NCBI RefSeq assembly: GCF_001194135.2
Contig: NC_068992.1
Coordinates: 67,513,595 to 67,577,594 of the forward strand
Length of the DNA: 64,000 nt
DNA from: Octopus bimaculoides
Lineage: Eukaryota
Reading direction: 5' to 3'
Position 1 is the stretch's first letter; each line of letters begins with the position of its first letter. Below are positions 23,471-36,459 of this stretch, piece by piece. Both the position numbers and the translations under genes were made by a program. Below the pieces are notes generated by a model. It was given only the letters and a program-made list of their open reading frames with translations. It made no database searches and was not told the origin of the DNA.

Positions 23471-25920
23471 TGCCTCTTCTATTTTTCAATTGTTATAAAT
23501 CTTCCACTGAGGAGGGAGCCGGTTTCCAACTAAGATACACGGCTCCATCTGTGGGATGTAGTTAACAAATTCACATTTGGAACTTGAGATAAGTCTTGCA
23601 TATTTTTACTGTTCCCCTCACAGATTGCACTTGTAATGTACGAATTAGCCGGTTGAATTCTCTTTCTGACAATCGCAGTTTATCCAGAATCTCTTAAGTA
23701 TTTACTAACAAAGCCTAGTGTTCCAATCATTATTGGTATGAATATGAATTCATAGTCTGGATAGATGTATGTATGTATGTATGTGTGTATGTATGAATGA
23801 GTGCCTTTGTCTCTGTTTCTCACCCACGATCGCTTGACAACCGGTGTTGATTACTTTCCCGTAACTTAGCAGTTCAGGAAACACCGACCTACACAATATA
23901 TGCCATACGTTAAAAATGACATAAAAATTGGTGTCGATTTGTTTAATTGAAAGCCATCAAGGCAATTGTGTATTTGTGTGTATAATGCCTTTTATCTCAT
24001 TACAGAAGACGTAGAAAACTGCATTCAATCATTCACTATTCTTGTGCAGAAAACGTAAGCAGAAACAACAACAATCTATCCGTAAGCCTCACCTCTGTGG
24101 GTCTCGTGGCTGTCAAACCCCCATTGTTGACACATTGTTACCACTCTTCTCTCGTCATCCAGCATAGCAACCAAAAGTATAGAGCAATCCTTTCTCCTCT
24201 TCCCCATTTACTCTTACTCTTAGCACAACTCTCACTACCGGTGCTATCCCCGTAAGCAAAGGAAACCACTGTTTCCCCTGTCTTTACAATCTCAATACAT
24301 ATAAATTTTCCTCTACCAAGACTCCACTACATTCAAATGGTGCAAGACCTTAAGATCCGTATCGACAAACTATTCTTTCATCTCAACATTACCCAAATTT
24401 ATCAATTCAAAACAAACAATAGACAAAATTTTACCCCTCACTGATACGAATAAAACCGAATCCCCAAAGCTACCCAAATTATTTTCACGACAGAATGTGT
24501 CGACACGGTGACAACCACTTTAACTATCTCCCAGGAAGCAGATTTACAATTACGAAACTTACCGCTAACTAATACTACAGCCTCCACTAAAACGACGCTC
24601 TTACGTATCTTTGCTCAACTCAATACTGCCAAACCTGCTCTCTGTCTCCACAGCCCAAAACCCATTCGCTGTAGTAGCACCAGCTCTTGGTTCAGAAATC
24701 TTATTCAATTCTTTGACTCAAATCAAGAAACAAGAAAGCATTTTAAAAAAATCGTGACCAAACCTTGCGTTATAGCCACAACCATAGACACTCCGGACGC
24801 CAACTCCATTCTAGCCATGTTGAATCTTACAAAAGAAATCGGAAGAAGCCCTCATTTAACAAACCGCTGTGAAACTAAACTATGGAGTTTTGTTTTCGGG
24901 ATACTATACTATTTCTGCATATTTTAAGAGTAATTCAGGAAATAGAATCTATATGTGTGTGTGTGTATAATAAAATCATTAATTTAGATATTTCAGTAAT
25001 GTATAATGATGTCATCTCGTATAGAATATTTGTCTAGACTGCCTGCTGTTAGGAAGGTGTAACATTGTTTCTGTGATATCCTTTCCCCAGTTCTCAGAAC
25101 ATTTTTCAAATTCTTCCCAAATGACATTGTTTCTGGTTGTCACATATCAATTTGCAGGTAATGTACTTTATTTGAAAGAATTGATAGCTTCTCTCCAGAG
25201 TGAGTAACGTTTACTCCCACTGTTTCAGTTTTCACAACGCTTTAGATTTCTTCCAGCATTCTTAAATAGGAAACCAAAAGCATCTGCTTTGAAAGATCTG
25301 TGCCATTAAGCGAAAGGAAATACGCTAAACTGGTGAAATATTAAACATTCTTGAATAATTTATTGAAACTGTTTTGCTATGCAACCACACAATAACACAA
25401 GTTTGGATTGAGCGTTCGGTATCATGCTGAGGTTTTATTTTGAAGTGCTGAAATATTTCCTTCGCTGAATGCGGTCATTGAATGCAGTTAATGATAATTT
25501 GAAGCTGATAATGCATTTTAGTAGGAGGAAAATACCCCGGATCAAATTTCCAGGATACAATCAGTTAATACGTAATGCGAATTATGAGTTCTAGTCTCCA
25601 GCTATGCAATCCTTTTTAGCGAATATTTGAAACGTAGATCTTACAAATGTTCTAATAGTTCTGAACAAATATTGTTTTACTTATAAATAATTCACTGAAC
25701 TTTACATAAACAAAAGTCAACGTATAAGACCATGCTTATTTTTTGTTATAATCTATTTAATTCACGGAAACTTAGGTCATTATTACATAATATAATACGG
25801 GTATAATAAAACATCAATTCGCTGGTTCAACGGGCTTAAGATTATTTGGCTGTAATATGTATTAAAACCCTATTGATGGTAGAGAGATGTGCTACTGCTG
25901 TTCATACATTCAAGTCACCC

Positions 25921-26062
25921 ATATAGGTGTGGCTGTGTGGTAAGAAACTTGATTCCTAATGACACGGTTCAGAGTTTAGTACCACTGCGTGGCAAGTGTC
26001 TTCTACCACTGCCTCGGGCCGACCGAGTGGATTTTGTAGTCGGAAACGTAAAGAAGTCTGTC

Positions 26063-26098
<36 letters not shown>

Positions 26099-26295
26099 GG
26101 TTTTTGTCCCTCCATCACTCGACAACCTATCTTGTGCTTAGGTCCCCGTAACCTAGCAGTTCGGCAAAACAAAAGCGATAGAATAAGTACCAGGTTTACA
26201 AATAATGTCTAGGGGTCGATTTCTTCGACTAAAAGGCGGTGCTCCAACATCGCTACACTCAAAATGACTGAAACACGTACAATAATAAAAGAATA
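25921..26295 (+). mobile_element. Full-length SINE family 2 with internal (TG/TA)n
   Basis: Head GGTGTGGCTGTGTGGTAAGAAACTTG, GGCAAGTGTCTTCTAC, internal microsatellite, 3' part GTTCGGCAAAA...AATAAGTACCAGG...GGGGTCGAT...AATGACTGAAAC. Confidence 0.85.
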
Positions 26296-26325
26296 AGAGG
26301 AATATTTATATAATGTATATATACG

Positions 26326-26369
<44 letters not shown>

Positions 26370-27579
26370 CATATATAATAAAGTAAACGGAAATATTATT
26401 TGGCTAATCGTGCTTTTCGCTAAATATATTTAATGAAATGTATTCGTAGACTAATAAATTAGCACTTGGTATATAATAAGTATAGTGAAATTATTAAGAA
26501 GAAATTTTTAAGGTGTTGTTTTTCAGTAACTAGATATTCATTTTGATGTCTTCCATTAATATTGCAAAATGAGATGATTTTTACGAGAATCGTAAAATTA
26601 AAATTTCTATAAGTAAAAGCACACTTAATATATCCGCCGAGAGTAAATTTGATAATTTTTGTATAAACTATCAAAGGGGAAATAACCACCAACAACCACA
26701 TATTTTAGGTAATTCGAAAGATAATCTTATTAAATTTTGTGACTGTAAAGGCTTAAGAAAATTCGAAAGTTAACAATTATTGCAAACGTAAGAATCTGGT
26801 ATACCAAGCTATCCTGGAAGCAGAAGGGAACATTTACTTCCATAAAGGATCGACTGAATGTTTCGTGAAAACTAGAATTTCTAATCATGAACACTCTCTT
26901 TAGAAGTCGATTTAAACACAATGACACAAGCCTTAACAAATTCATTTGTAGATTAAACGATAGCAATATTAGTTTTAAAATTAGATAGTAAACTAACCTT
27001 GACAATATCTCCTTATCCCCAAGATAGAATTTGTTCTTTATGTACAACAGTAAACTATAATATTCTATTCTCTAAAAGCCAATTATTGGATGAGAGGTTT
27101 GAAAAGGTGTTGGCCTGACTACATGCACCTAAGTATCTATTTTCGAAATATAACTAACGGATTCCTAAATTATTATTAAATACTAGACTCGATATTTTCT
27201 ATATTAACCATAATTTTTTTTAAAATAGTAGTATTGTTAAATTAATGGCTAAATATATTGATAAATATCAGAATTTCAATGTCCTCTAAGAATCATTAAA
27301 TATTTCCTTAAAGTTATTATAAAATAGAAAACCATATATATTGATATGTAGATCTGTTTTGGTTAATACATTACTGTATTGCAGATATTACAATGTAATA
27401 TATTGAATCATTAGAAAGAGATATATATATAAATACATTACATACATCAAACGGTCTTTTCTAGAACACATACACACACTTTCGTTAATAATCATTGATT
27501 TATTATTTCAATTAATAAACTATCAGATATTTTTCCTTAATATACAGAATTATAACTTTAACATATATATATATATATA

Positions 27580-28292
27580 NNNNNNNNNNNNNNNNNNNNN
27601 NNNNNNNNNNNNNNNNNNNNNNNNNNNNNNNNNNNNNNNNNNNNNNNNNNNNNNNNNNNNNNNNNNNNNNNNNNNNNNNNNNNNNNNNNNNNNNNNNNNN
27701 NNNNNNNNNNNNNNNNNNNNNNNNNNNNNNNNNNNNNNNNNNNNNNNNNNNNNNNNNNNNNNNNNNNNNNNNNNNNNNNNNNNNNNNNNNNNNNNNNNNN
27801 NNNNNNNNNNNNNNNNNNNNNNNNNNNNNNNNNNNNNNNNNNNNNNNNNNNNNNNNNNNNNNNNNNNNNNNNNNNNNNNNNNNNNNNNNNNNNNNNNNNN
27901 NNNNNNNNNNNNNNNNNNNNNNNNNNNNNNNNNNNNNNNNNNNNNNNNNNNNNNNNNNNNNNNNNNNNNNNNNNNNNNNNNNNNNNNNNNNNNNNNNNNN
28001 NNNNNNNNNNNNNNNNNNNNNNNNNNNNNNNNNNNNNNNNNNNNNNNNNNNNNNNNNNNNNNNNNNNNNNNNNNNNNNNNNNNNNNNNNNNNNNNNNNNN
28101 NNNNNNNNNNNNNNNNNNNNNNNNNNNNNNNNNNNNNNNNNNNNNNNNNNNNNNNNNNNNNNNNNNNNNNNNNNNNNNNNNNNNNNNNNNNNNNNNNNNN
28201 NNNNNNNNNNNNNNNNNNNNNNNNNNNNNNNNNNNNNNNNNNNNNNNNNNNNNNNNNNNNNNNNNNNNNNNNNNNNNNNNNNNNNNNNNNNN
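27580..28292. other. Assembly gap (713 N) between TA runs
   Basis: N run. Confidence 1.
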
Positions 28293-30229
28293 TATATATA
28301 TATATATGAACTTCACTGATACATCTGTTAACGGCTAGATTTTGAAAACTTGAGTAGATACTAACATATATAAATGAATAAATTTGATTAGATATGGTTC
28401 GATGAACACGTATACATGAATATTTACTAGGGTCTAATAGCACGTCAATGGACTTTATACACTTATAACGTTTTATTTATTAATTATTTGGTATTTTAAA
28501 ATTTATTTTATTACATAATTAGTTTCCCTTACAGACATACCATTATCTTTATTTTATTATTCATATTATTCATATATTGTAAAATATATATCTATTTTAT
28601 CTTTATTTTTTTCTTACTTGAATTATAATTTTAGCAAGTACATACACTCAATGTATAGGAAATATTATTTTAAACTTCCTTAGTAGGTGATTGAATCCCT
28701 TCAAGAAATATATAACCTTCATTTTATTAAGTAAAACAAAAACTGAAGAGATTCTGCTCCATACAGCTTAAAATGATAAATAGTTAACAGTGAATTTGAA
28801 TAATGCATTACCAAGGGGTCAAAATCGATACATATGTAGGTTCTTTACTTACCTATTGTATTTTTAAAAAATACATGTGTATTGAAATCTCTAAACATAA
28901 TACATATAAATTAACTATACGTCCTCAACTCTCCAAAATTTACCTCATTAATTTTACACAAGACATCGTGGAGAATTTTTTCTACTGTGATGGAGATTGA
29001 GACCAGTGAAAATTTGGATGGCATCATTGAATTGACTATACATACAAATATATATTTATATATGTATACATATAGACATATACATGGAGCCAGGCCTTAA
29101 TATGAAATATCTATTTAAATGGTAGAGATTTATGTAATGTACTTCATCCTGAAACTTGAGTAAAATTTTATGTTATTGTGATATTGCATTGTAAATAGAT
29201 CAAACATCATACATGCACAGACACATATACGTGCGTGCACACACATACACATGCATCTGTTCAAATATAGATGCATGAATACACGAATATTTTATTTATA
29301 TATATATAAGCACACACACACACACATACATTTTCATATATATATATATACTTATACTCAGGGGGAGGGGGAGAAAGAGCTAGAAAGGAAGCAAGTAGAT
29401 AAATGGATCTATTGTTAAATATTCACATACACAAACATATGGATACCTATACATATGAACGGAAAAACACACATGCACTTATATTTGTGTATGCGTCTGT
29501 GTATATGTGGTTGAGTGCATGTGTAGCTAATACGCGTACGTGTATTTGATTTAATGACTTTTCTGAAGAAAAAACGACCGACACAACAAAAATGGATAAT
29601 TTCATGAAAAGCCGAGGAGATTGAAAAACAATCGAACAAAGAAACGTACAAAAATCATTAGGATAAAGTTTTGCAGCTCAAGCTCAATCAAATTTTCTGA
29701 ATAGTTTCTCACCAATGTTTCATAGCACAATTAGAACGTTGACATGTCTGACAGATGTCTAATTTATTTATTTATTATAATTGCTTCATTTAGTTTCATT
29801 TCATAGGAAAGTAATTTCAAAATCTCCTATCTTACTATCTGTCCGTTTTAAAAGACTAACATGTGACATGAATATTGATTTTATATTTACTATAGCAGAT
29901 GTTCAGAAACGCAGAGATGCAAAATAGATTCGGTGACGTTCATGCAATTCTGCCATTCATAGACAAGTTGATAAGGTGAATAAACTGTTACAAAAACAGG
30001 CGTACTGGCAAATATTTTCGTGACAGATCACACATAAATTGTGTCTCAATAAAATGTAGGACCTATGTTTTCATAACTATAATGAACATATGCATATCCT
30101 TTTATTTGTTTCACATCTGACTGAAAATAAATCGACGAAAGCAAACTCAGTGGCGTTACTGGAAACATACACACACATACACATATGCATGCATACATGG
30201 GAACGGTTGTCCGTTACTTGTATCATTCA

Positions 30230-30400
30230 TAAATTTGCAGCCACGCTGATGGTCTGCCTCGAAGAATTTTAGTGCAACTCATCGCCCCTTGTACTTTCCT
30301 GGTCTTTAATGCCTGGTTCTTATTCTATCGGCCTCTTTGCCGAACCGCTATCTAACAAAAACACAACACCAAGCTGTTGTGAGGGTCAAACACAGTTAGA
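30230..30400 (-). mobile_element. SINE family 2, 3' half
   Basis: CTTATTCTATCGGCCTCTTTGCCGAACCGCTA is the reverse complement of the family-2 3' domain. Confidence 0.65.
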
Positions 30401-32066
30401 AAGACACACTCAAGTGCATACATACAAGCACATAGAAGCACGTGTACGTGCGTGGTTTCTAGTGACATTCGAAACCTCGAAGCCTATATCCAACCCCCTA
30501 CAGGCACATAAAGACATGCTGTATAACTGAACCAAGCGAAACCGTGTTTATTGAACGAACAAGGTATCTTTTGAAACGTCGCCTGACGAGATACACCTAC
30601 ACTAAAAGATGCACCATTATCAGTTGTATAGTGTTTTCCCCCGCGAGTGATTGACGCTAGTTGGATCGAAGCGATCGTTGTGATTAAGAAAGAGAATTTC
30701 TTGAATTCCATTGGCTGTTTCTCTCTTTTGTTATATACTAGACAAATAATTAGGAATTCCTGAATTATATAGAGTGACATTTACATCAATACTCTGGAGG
30801 AAATCAGGTTAGCATAGACAGGGAAAGTGCTTTAATCGGCAAACTATCACGTGTATAACCAAGTTTTAAATAACTGCATATACATACCTATCTGTGTATG
30901 TGTGTGTGTGTGTTTATAGTAAATGAATAGGAATATGGAATCCGGGTGGGAGCCATATTAGCAAACTGATATAAATCAGGTTCTACCTAACGATATCGGC
31001 TGACAAGGAACATGTAATATTATTCAAGGTAGAAACTTATACCGTGCTTCACTCTATAGATAAATCCCAAGTTCATTTCATTGTATCTTATACAGAGGAT
31101 GAAATCAAGACATCATAAAAAAAGGACATGGAAAAGTTTACCTTTTCAGGACTTGTCCATTACTTTATCATTCCCCTTTATCATTGAAATGCCATTTCAA
31201 TCCGACACGCGTTTCTGCGGCACAACTCTCCTAATGTCCTTTGACGTAGTATTTATGTGCTTATAGTTGTTCAGTTGTAGTACATATTCATCCAGGGTAG
31301 ACGTTCTCACGCAGCTTTGCTCGAGATTCTACTCATGTGGAAGAGTTCACTTCACCCGCATGGGTGAAACCATGAACATAGGTAATGAAAAGCCAGGCAG
31401 AAATGGTGACATGAACGAAAGTTTGACTCTTACACTTTCTATATCGCTATAAAATTTCACCTTACACTCTTAATTAAATATAATAGTTCCAGGTAGATTA
31501 TATCTGCAAAATATAGAATATTATTGTTGGAAACATCTTCATATAGGTCTTGCTGGCTCATCAACAACAACCAACCAACCTAACATCATTATTATTGCGG
31601 AAAATTCCCGGAACTGTCTGATCAAGTTTTGTGGCTTTAATTGAAATATTAACAGCAAACAAACATCAGGATTAATTGGATTATCTTTTACGTAGACACA
31701 TTGATCAAATACTGTAAATTTACGGTTGACTACATGAATCATTAGAAATCGTATTTTGCCTCATACCACGGCAAATTATCATAATCTCCGGATACTCTTT
31801 AAAAAAAATTATCGGGTAACTCCATCGAAAAAATTCAAGGTATATAGTTTAGCTACTATTTATCAGATACACTTCTAATGTTTATAACATTCACTAACAT
31901 TTTATTAAGATATAAGATGTTCATGTATTTTGTCCTGCGCACACATACACACATATATATACACACATATATATGTATGTATCTATATGTATATATAATA
32001 ACATATATATATATATACACATGTTCTACATATATGTATATAAATATGTATAGGCATTTATGTATG

Positions 32067-32132
<66 letters not shown>

Positions 32133-32610
32133 GCATATGTATTACCTGTCTCCCTTTCTTGTGTGCATACTTGTGTACACATCTACGTGTACACATACAC
32201 ACACACGCACGCACACACACATAAATACACAGTAATTAGTTTGTGTTAGAATTGTGTTTGTATTCGATTGTATCAACTGTGTTCTGCGACTGGTATTTAT
32301 CCTCCCGGCAAATATGTCATGCGAAGCTGTCTCGAGTAGAACATTAACTAAAAGAATGAAAACATTAATTAACTTACTGATTAGTTACTTTATCCCGGTT
32401 CTGTAGTTTTTTCTTAATTACTTTTGTTAATATACTGATATAATAAAACATGTATCTACTGGCAAAAGCTCCTTTGTCGTAGTCACCGTACAGGAAAAAA
32501 TAGACGCCCATATAAAACATATTTACATTTAGAATAACGTACATAAGTCATAGTATTTGCCCCAGCACGTGAAGGATTAGGTAGACTGCATGCATGTATG
32601 TATGTATGTA

Positions 32611-32672
<62 letters not shown>

Positions 32673-32682
32673 NNNNNNNNNN
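32673..32682. other. Assembly gap (10 N) inside a (TG)n run
   Basis: N run. Confidence 1.
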
Positions 32683-32707
32683 GTGTGTGTGTGTGCGTGT
32701 GTATATG

Positions 32708-32739
<32 letters not shown>

Positions 32740-33168
32740 AATGAATGAATGTTTCTATGTTTGTATAAACATCAATCATAAACACCCACACATATTTAAC
32801 ATTTATCTTTTGTAATGAAAAAAATATTCATTGTGATTTCGATGTTTGAATATGTTCTTCTTTATCAGAAAGTCTAATGGATGTAATAAGCCTGGAACTT
32901 AGAAATCATTGGCAATCTTTTCCTTGTACAGTTAAATAATTTATACTCTGCTGAAAAGTTTTATGTAAATCTTAAATTATTTTTTATATGTAAACTCAGA
33001 TACAACAAGACACCTGGAAGGAATATCGACATGTATATTGTGAAAATATCTAGGCAGTTGCAGACGCATAATGTGTTGGTTGCTGTAGTGTGCCTCAAGA
33101 GAATAACCGATACTTTTACGACGACATTATGTTCAATACATTCGGTTCCTCGGCGCATGGCATTCGGT

Positions 33169-33201
33169 ACACCGGCGTTTCGATGTGTTGTCTCTCGTCA
33201 G
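33169..33201 (-). ncRNA. Hammerhead-core motif (stem I doubtful)
   Basis: Minus strand: CTGACGA-GA-GACAACACA-TC-GAAAC-GCCGGTGT-A. Full core, 2-bp stem II, near-palindromic stem III, GUA triplet; the base pair next to the core in stem I is missing. Confidence 0.35.
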
Positions 33202-34109
33202 ACATAATTCGCCAGAAAGCTGAGCCTAAGCAAGGCCGCTGACTTTGCTTATACTTTCGAATCTGTTCTTATCTGGCAACCGATTAAAGAAAATTACAAT
33301 TATTTGTGTTCGACCCATGCAGTGCGATGTATCTTACTTTTGTATCAGGTTCTTGTTGGTAATTTGGAACATAAAGTTCCTAAATCCGTGTTAAAATTTT
33401 GCAGACATTTACAGGTACTCCCAAAGTACAATATTAATCACGACAGCTTTACTCATATCATAACACTATACCAAAATAAATACACAAATATTACATGCAT
33501 TAAAATGTTTTACAAGTGGCTGATGATCCTGTGGCTTAACAGGTAATCTAGTCTCCGTGGAAAAGCCTACAATATTTCGCCCAGTTTATAACGAAACAGC
33601 ACAGAAAAGACATAGATTTCACTTCTTGTAAATGAAGCAGTGAAAGCCTGAAGAACTTGATTGTGAATTTAGTAAAAATTAATGTTTCAAAGAAACTGCG
33701 AGAAACTGATAAAACTAAAGAATTTGTTATAAAAAAAAATTCAGCCTACAATACAGTAATGTCTTCTATGAAACGTATAAAATACTTTTTCACGTGTGTG
33801 TGTGTGTTTCTCTGTATAAAGGCAGACACATAAATTCATATTATTATACATATAAATATGTATGTACATATACACACAGATCCCTCTCCATGTATGTACG
33901 TACGTACGTATATACGCATGTATGTATGTACAGAAACACATAAATATATATATACACACACACACACAGTCGCTTATACTGTATGGAAAATACGACTATG
34001 ATTTTATTTAATGTGTGTGTGTGTGTGGTTTATACTTAATTATAATAACAGTTTTGCTTTATTCTGATGGGTGACTCTATACTTTTGTAGGTTACGAAAT
34101 ATATGTTGT

Positions 34110-35300
34110 TGATAGTTTAGCTGGCCGAAACTTTGAGGTCACTATCATCAGCCTGCAGTGCATTAGAGCTAATTTTGACTTTGTGTAATCCCTGTTGAGT
34201 TAAAATCCTGTTTGGGTGAATGGGATTGGGTGGGGGTGTTTATTAATAGTTTTCATGATTGGTTGTTATGGGAAGATGTGTGGGAAGAACTTGAATTGAT
34301 TAAATTTGGATCTATGTCATTGTTTAGAATTCATTCATGCGCGTAGAACTCCGTGTACAAGCCTGTAGTTGTTTCTCCTTTGTTGGGTGGACACAACGTG
34401 TGACAGTATGTCTGTTGCTTTTGGTATTTGGTTTATTCATTTTGCTTTAGCAATATACAGGCCAAAATAACAAAACCAAGTATTTAAGCCCTCAATAAGT
34501 GGATGTGTCAACTTTAGTGTTTCAAAAGGATGTAGACATATGGTAAGTTTAGTCTGTTTGTTTCTTTTCTTCTGGTTGTTATTTAGGATATTTATTGTTT
34601 CCATTCGTAAGGTTGGGGTTATTACTCATGCAGGTCATGGCTGTGATGCTGGTATTACAAGAGTGTTTATATTCATGTGTCCGAATGGAAGCACAAATAT
34701 GATTAAAACGATAGATAAAGGAAAAGTTTTTTTTTTTCCGTTTGATGCATACAAGTAGGCATTTTTTGTATGTGTATGAAGCCTTATGTAGTTTTGTTAC
34801 AAAATCTGTTCTGAGAATTTTAGTAAGAGATAAATAATTTCTAGAGTGCTTCTTTCATGTAAAATGTGAAGCTGTGAGGTGTTTTCCATTTTATAGTGTA
34901 GTAGGATCGGGGAAAGTTACGTAGATATTAAGAAGTTTAGCTGGAGGTTTTAGTGCTTCGAAGAATTTAAGCCTGCATGAAGGAACTAGTTCGGAGTTTC
35001 TGTTTAGAATTTGATCCATGAATGATAGAATATGATATGATTTGCTAGAATTTATCATCTTGGAACAGTTGTGCGTGTGAAAGTATTTTCCTCTTGATGT
35101 TAAACACGTGTTTTACGAATTTATTTCCTTTATATGTTTGGATAGTGACGTATCATTTTTTTCCGTTTGAGTTGCGAAAAGTGTGCGTGAGTTGATGGTA
35201 TCATGTCTTGGACTGGTTTGCTGTATATCCCATGTATGTAGATATTGTAGTTGGTGCATTTCTGTTGTTACCGTTGTGATATATAGGATATTTCTTGAGA
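34110..35300 (-). mobile_element. Penelope-like element relic: GIY-YIG endonuclease plus 3' region
   Basis: STYMGYTANQSKT*YHQLTHTFRNSNGK / NDTSLSKHIKEI / NIKRKILSHAQLFQ / ILNRNSELVPSCR at 34960-35260 matches the PLE GIY-YIG pattern (YIG.T..FK.RY..H...F...TSLS.HIW...LN.R.E...CRH). The 3' extent to 34110 is inferred from composition. Confidence 0.8.
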
Positions 35301-36059
35301 CACGTTACTTCTAAAGTAGAGAATGAAGGTATAACTGTACAGGTGTGTATTTTTGTGTTTATATATATATACATATATTCATATATATGTATGTATATGT
35401 TTGTATATACACCAACACATATACATCAATTTACATATGCTCTCAAATTCCAGTAAATTAAACTTTTTCCGTGTCTGAGACTAATTCAATAAAGTGTATG
35501 CATATTTGTTAATATGCAGGTACGCTCGCATTCCTACTCAGATACATACAAACCAAACAAACATAGGCTTGCTCTCAGACACGGAAAAGTATATTTAACT
35601 GGAATTTGATATCATCAATTGGTATAAATGCATGTGTAGATTAATATATGTGTGTGGGTGTTCTGGACGTGAGAGAGAGAGAGAGACACTGTGTGTAGAA
35701 TTTGTGTAGATATACGTATATTTGTTTGTTACTAGGCTTGTCTTTATGCATACATAAATAAGTGTACATTTGTGTGCATACATGGCATGATATGTGAACC
35801 TAGACGTATGCTTGACGTCAAAATATGAGCATTAGCAAATATTACACAGTGAACCACTGCAATGATTTACATATTTCACAGGCACATAAATAAGTTTTGA
35901 TTATGACTTCCATAAATCGGTATGGTTATCATTTTCTGTGAAGCCTAACTGATCGAGAGTAGGAGACACAGTTAATTATATAACCAAGTTTCCAAATCAT
36001 TCCACATGTCTACACTTACGAACAGAAGCACATCTACATGTACACATAATGTATATACA

Positions 36060-36103
<44 letters not shown>

Positions 36104-36188
36104 ATGTACATATCTTTATTCATATATTTATATGTATATATATACATGTATGTATGTTTATATTTATATCTATACATATATATGTAAA

Positions 36189-36343
36189 TATAATAATTTA
36201 TATAAGGGCATTAACTATATAGTAATGCCTCACGCTTAGGGGGACTAAAAAGTCAAAGACTAACAAAAATGTTTTTGACTTTTTTAGTCCCTCTAAGCGT
36301 GAGGCATTACTATATAGTTAATGCCCTTACATAAATTATTATA
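36189..36343. mobile_element. Foldback/MITE-like palindrome (69-bp arms, 16-nt spacer)
   Basis: 36189-36257 and 36274-36343 are reverse complements with 2 mismatches and one 1-nt indel. Confidence 0.85.
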
Positions 36344-36459
36344 TATATTTATGAAAAAAAAACGATGTTTTTTTTTTCCTTATGGGTTTTTTTCACGCTG
36401 ACTACTTCATAAATTCTTATAAAGATGTTATCCTATATTATATTATATATATATATATA

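Noticed and set aside
22893-23489. 198-aa ORF and the many YIYI/HTHT/CVCV/SLSL ORFs elsewhere
   Set aside because: Produced by stop-free microsatellites and SINE remnants; no coding signal.
30564-30594. GTATC-TTTT-GAAAC-GTC-GC-CTGACGA-GATAC, a permuted hammerhead look-alike
   Set aside because: Stem I would be a single pair with no loop and four extra Ts separate stem II from GAAA; treated as coincidence.
30731-30737. TATATAA upstream of the 30711 ATG
   Set aside because: Only ~20 nt from the ATG, and the motif is ubiquitous in this AT-rich DNA.
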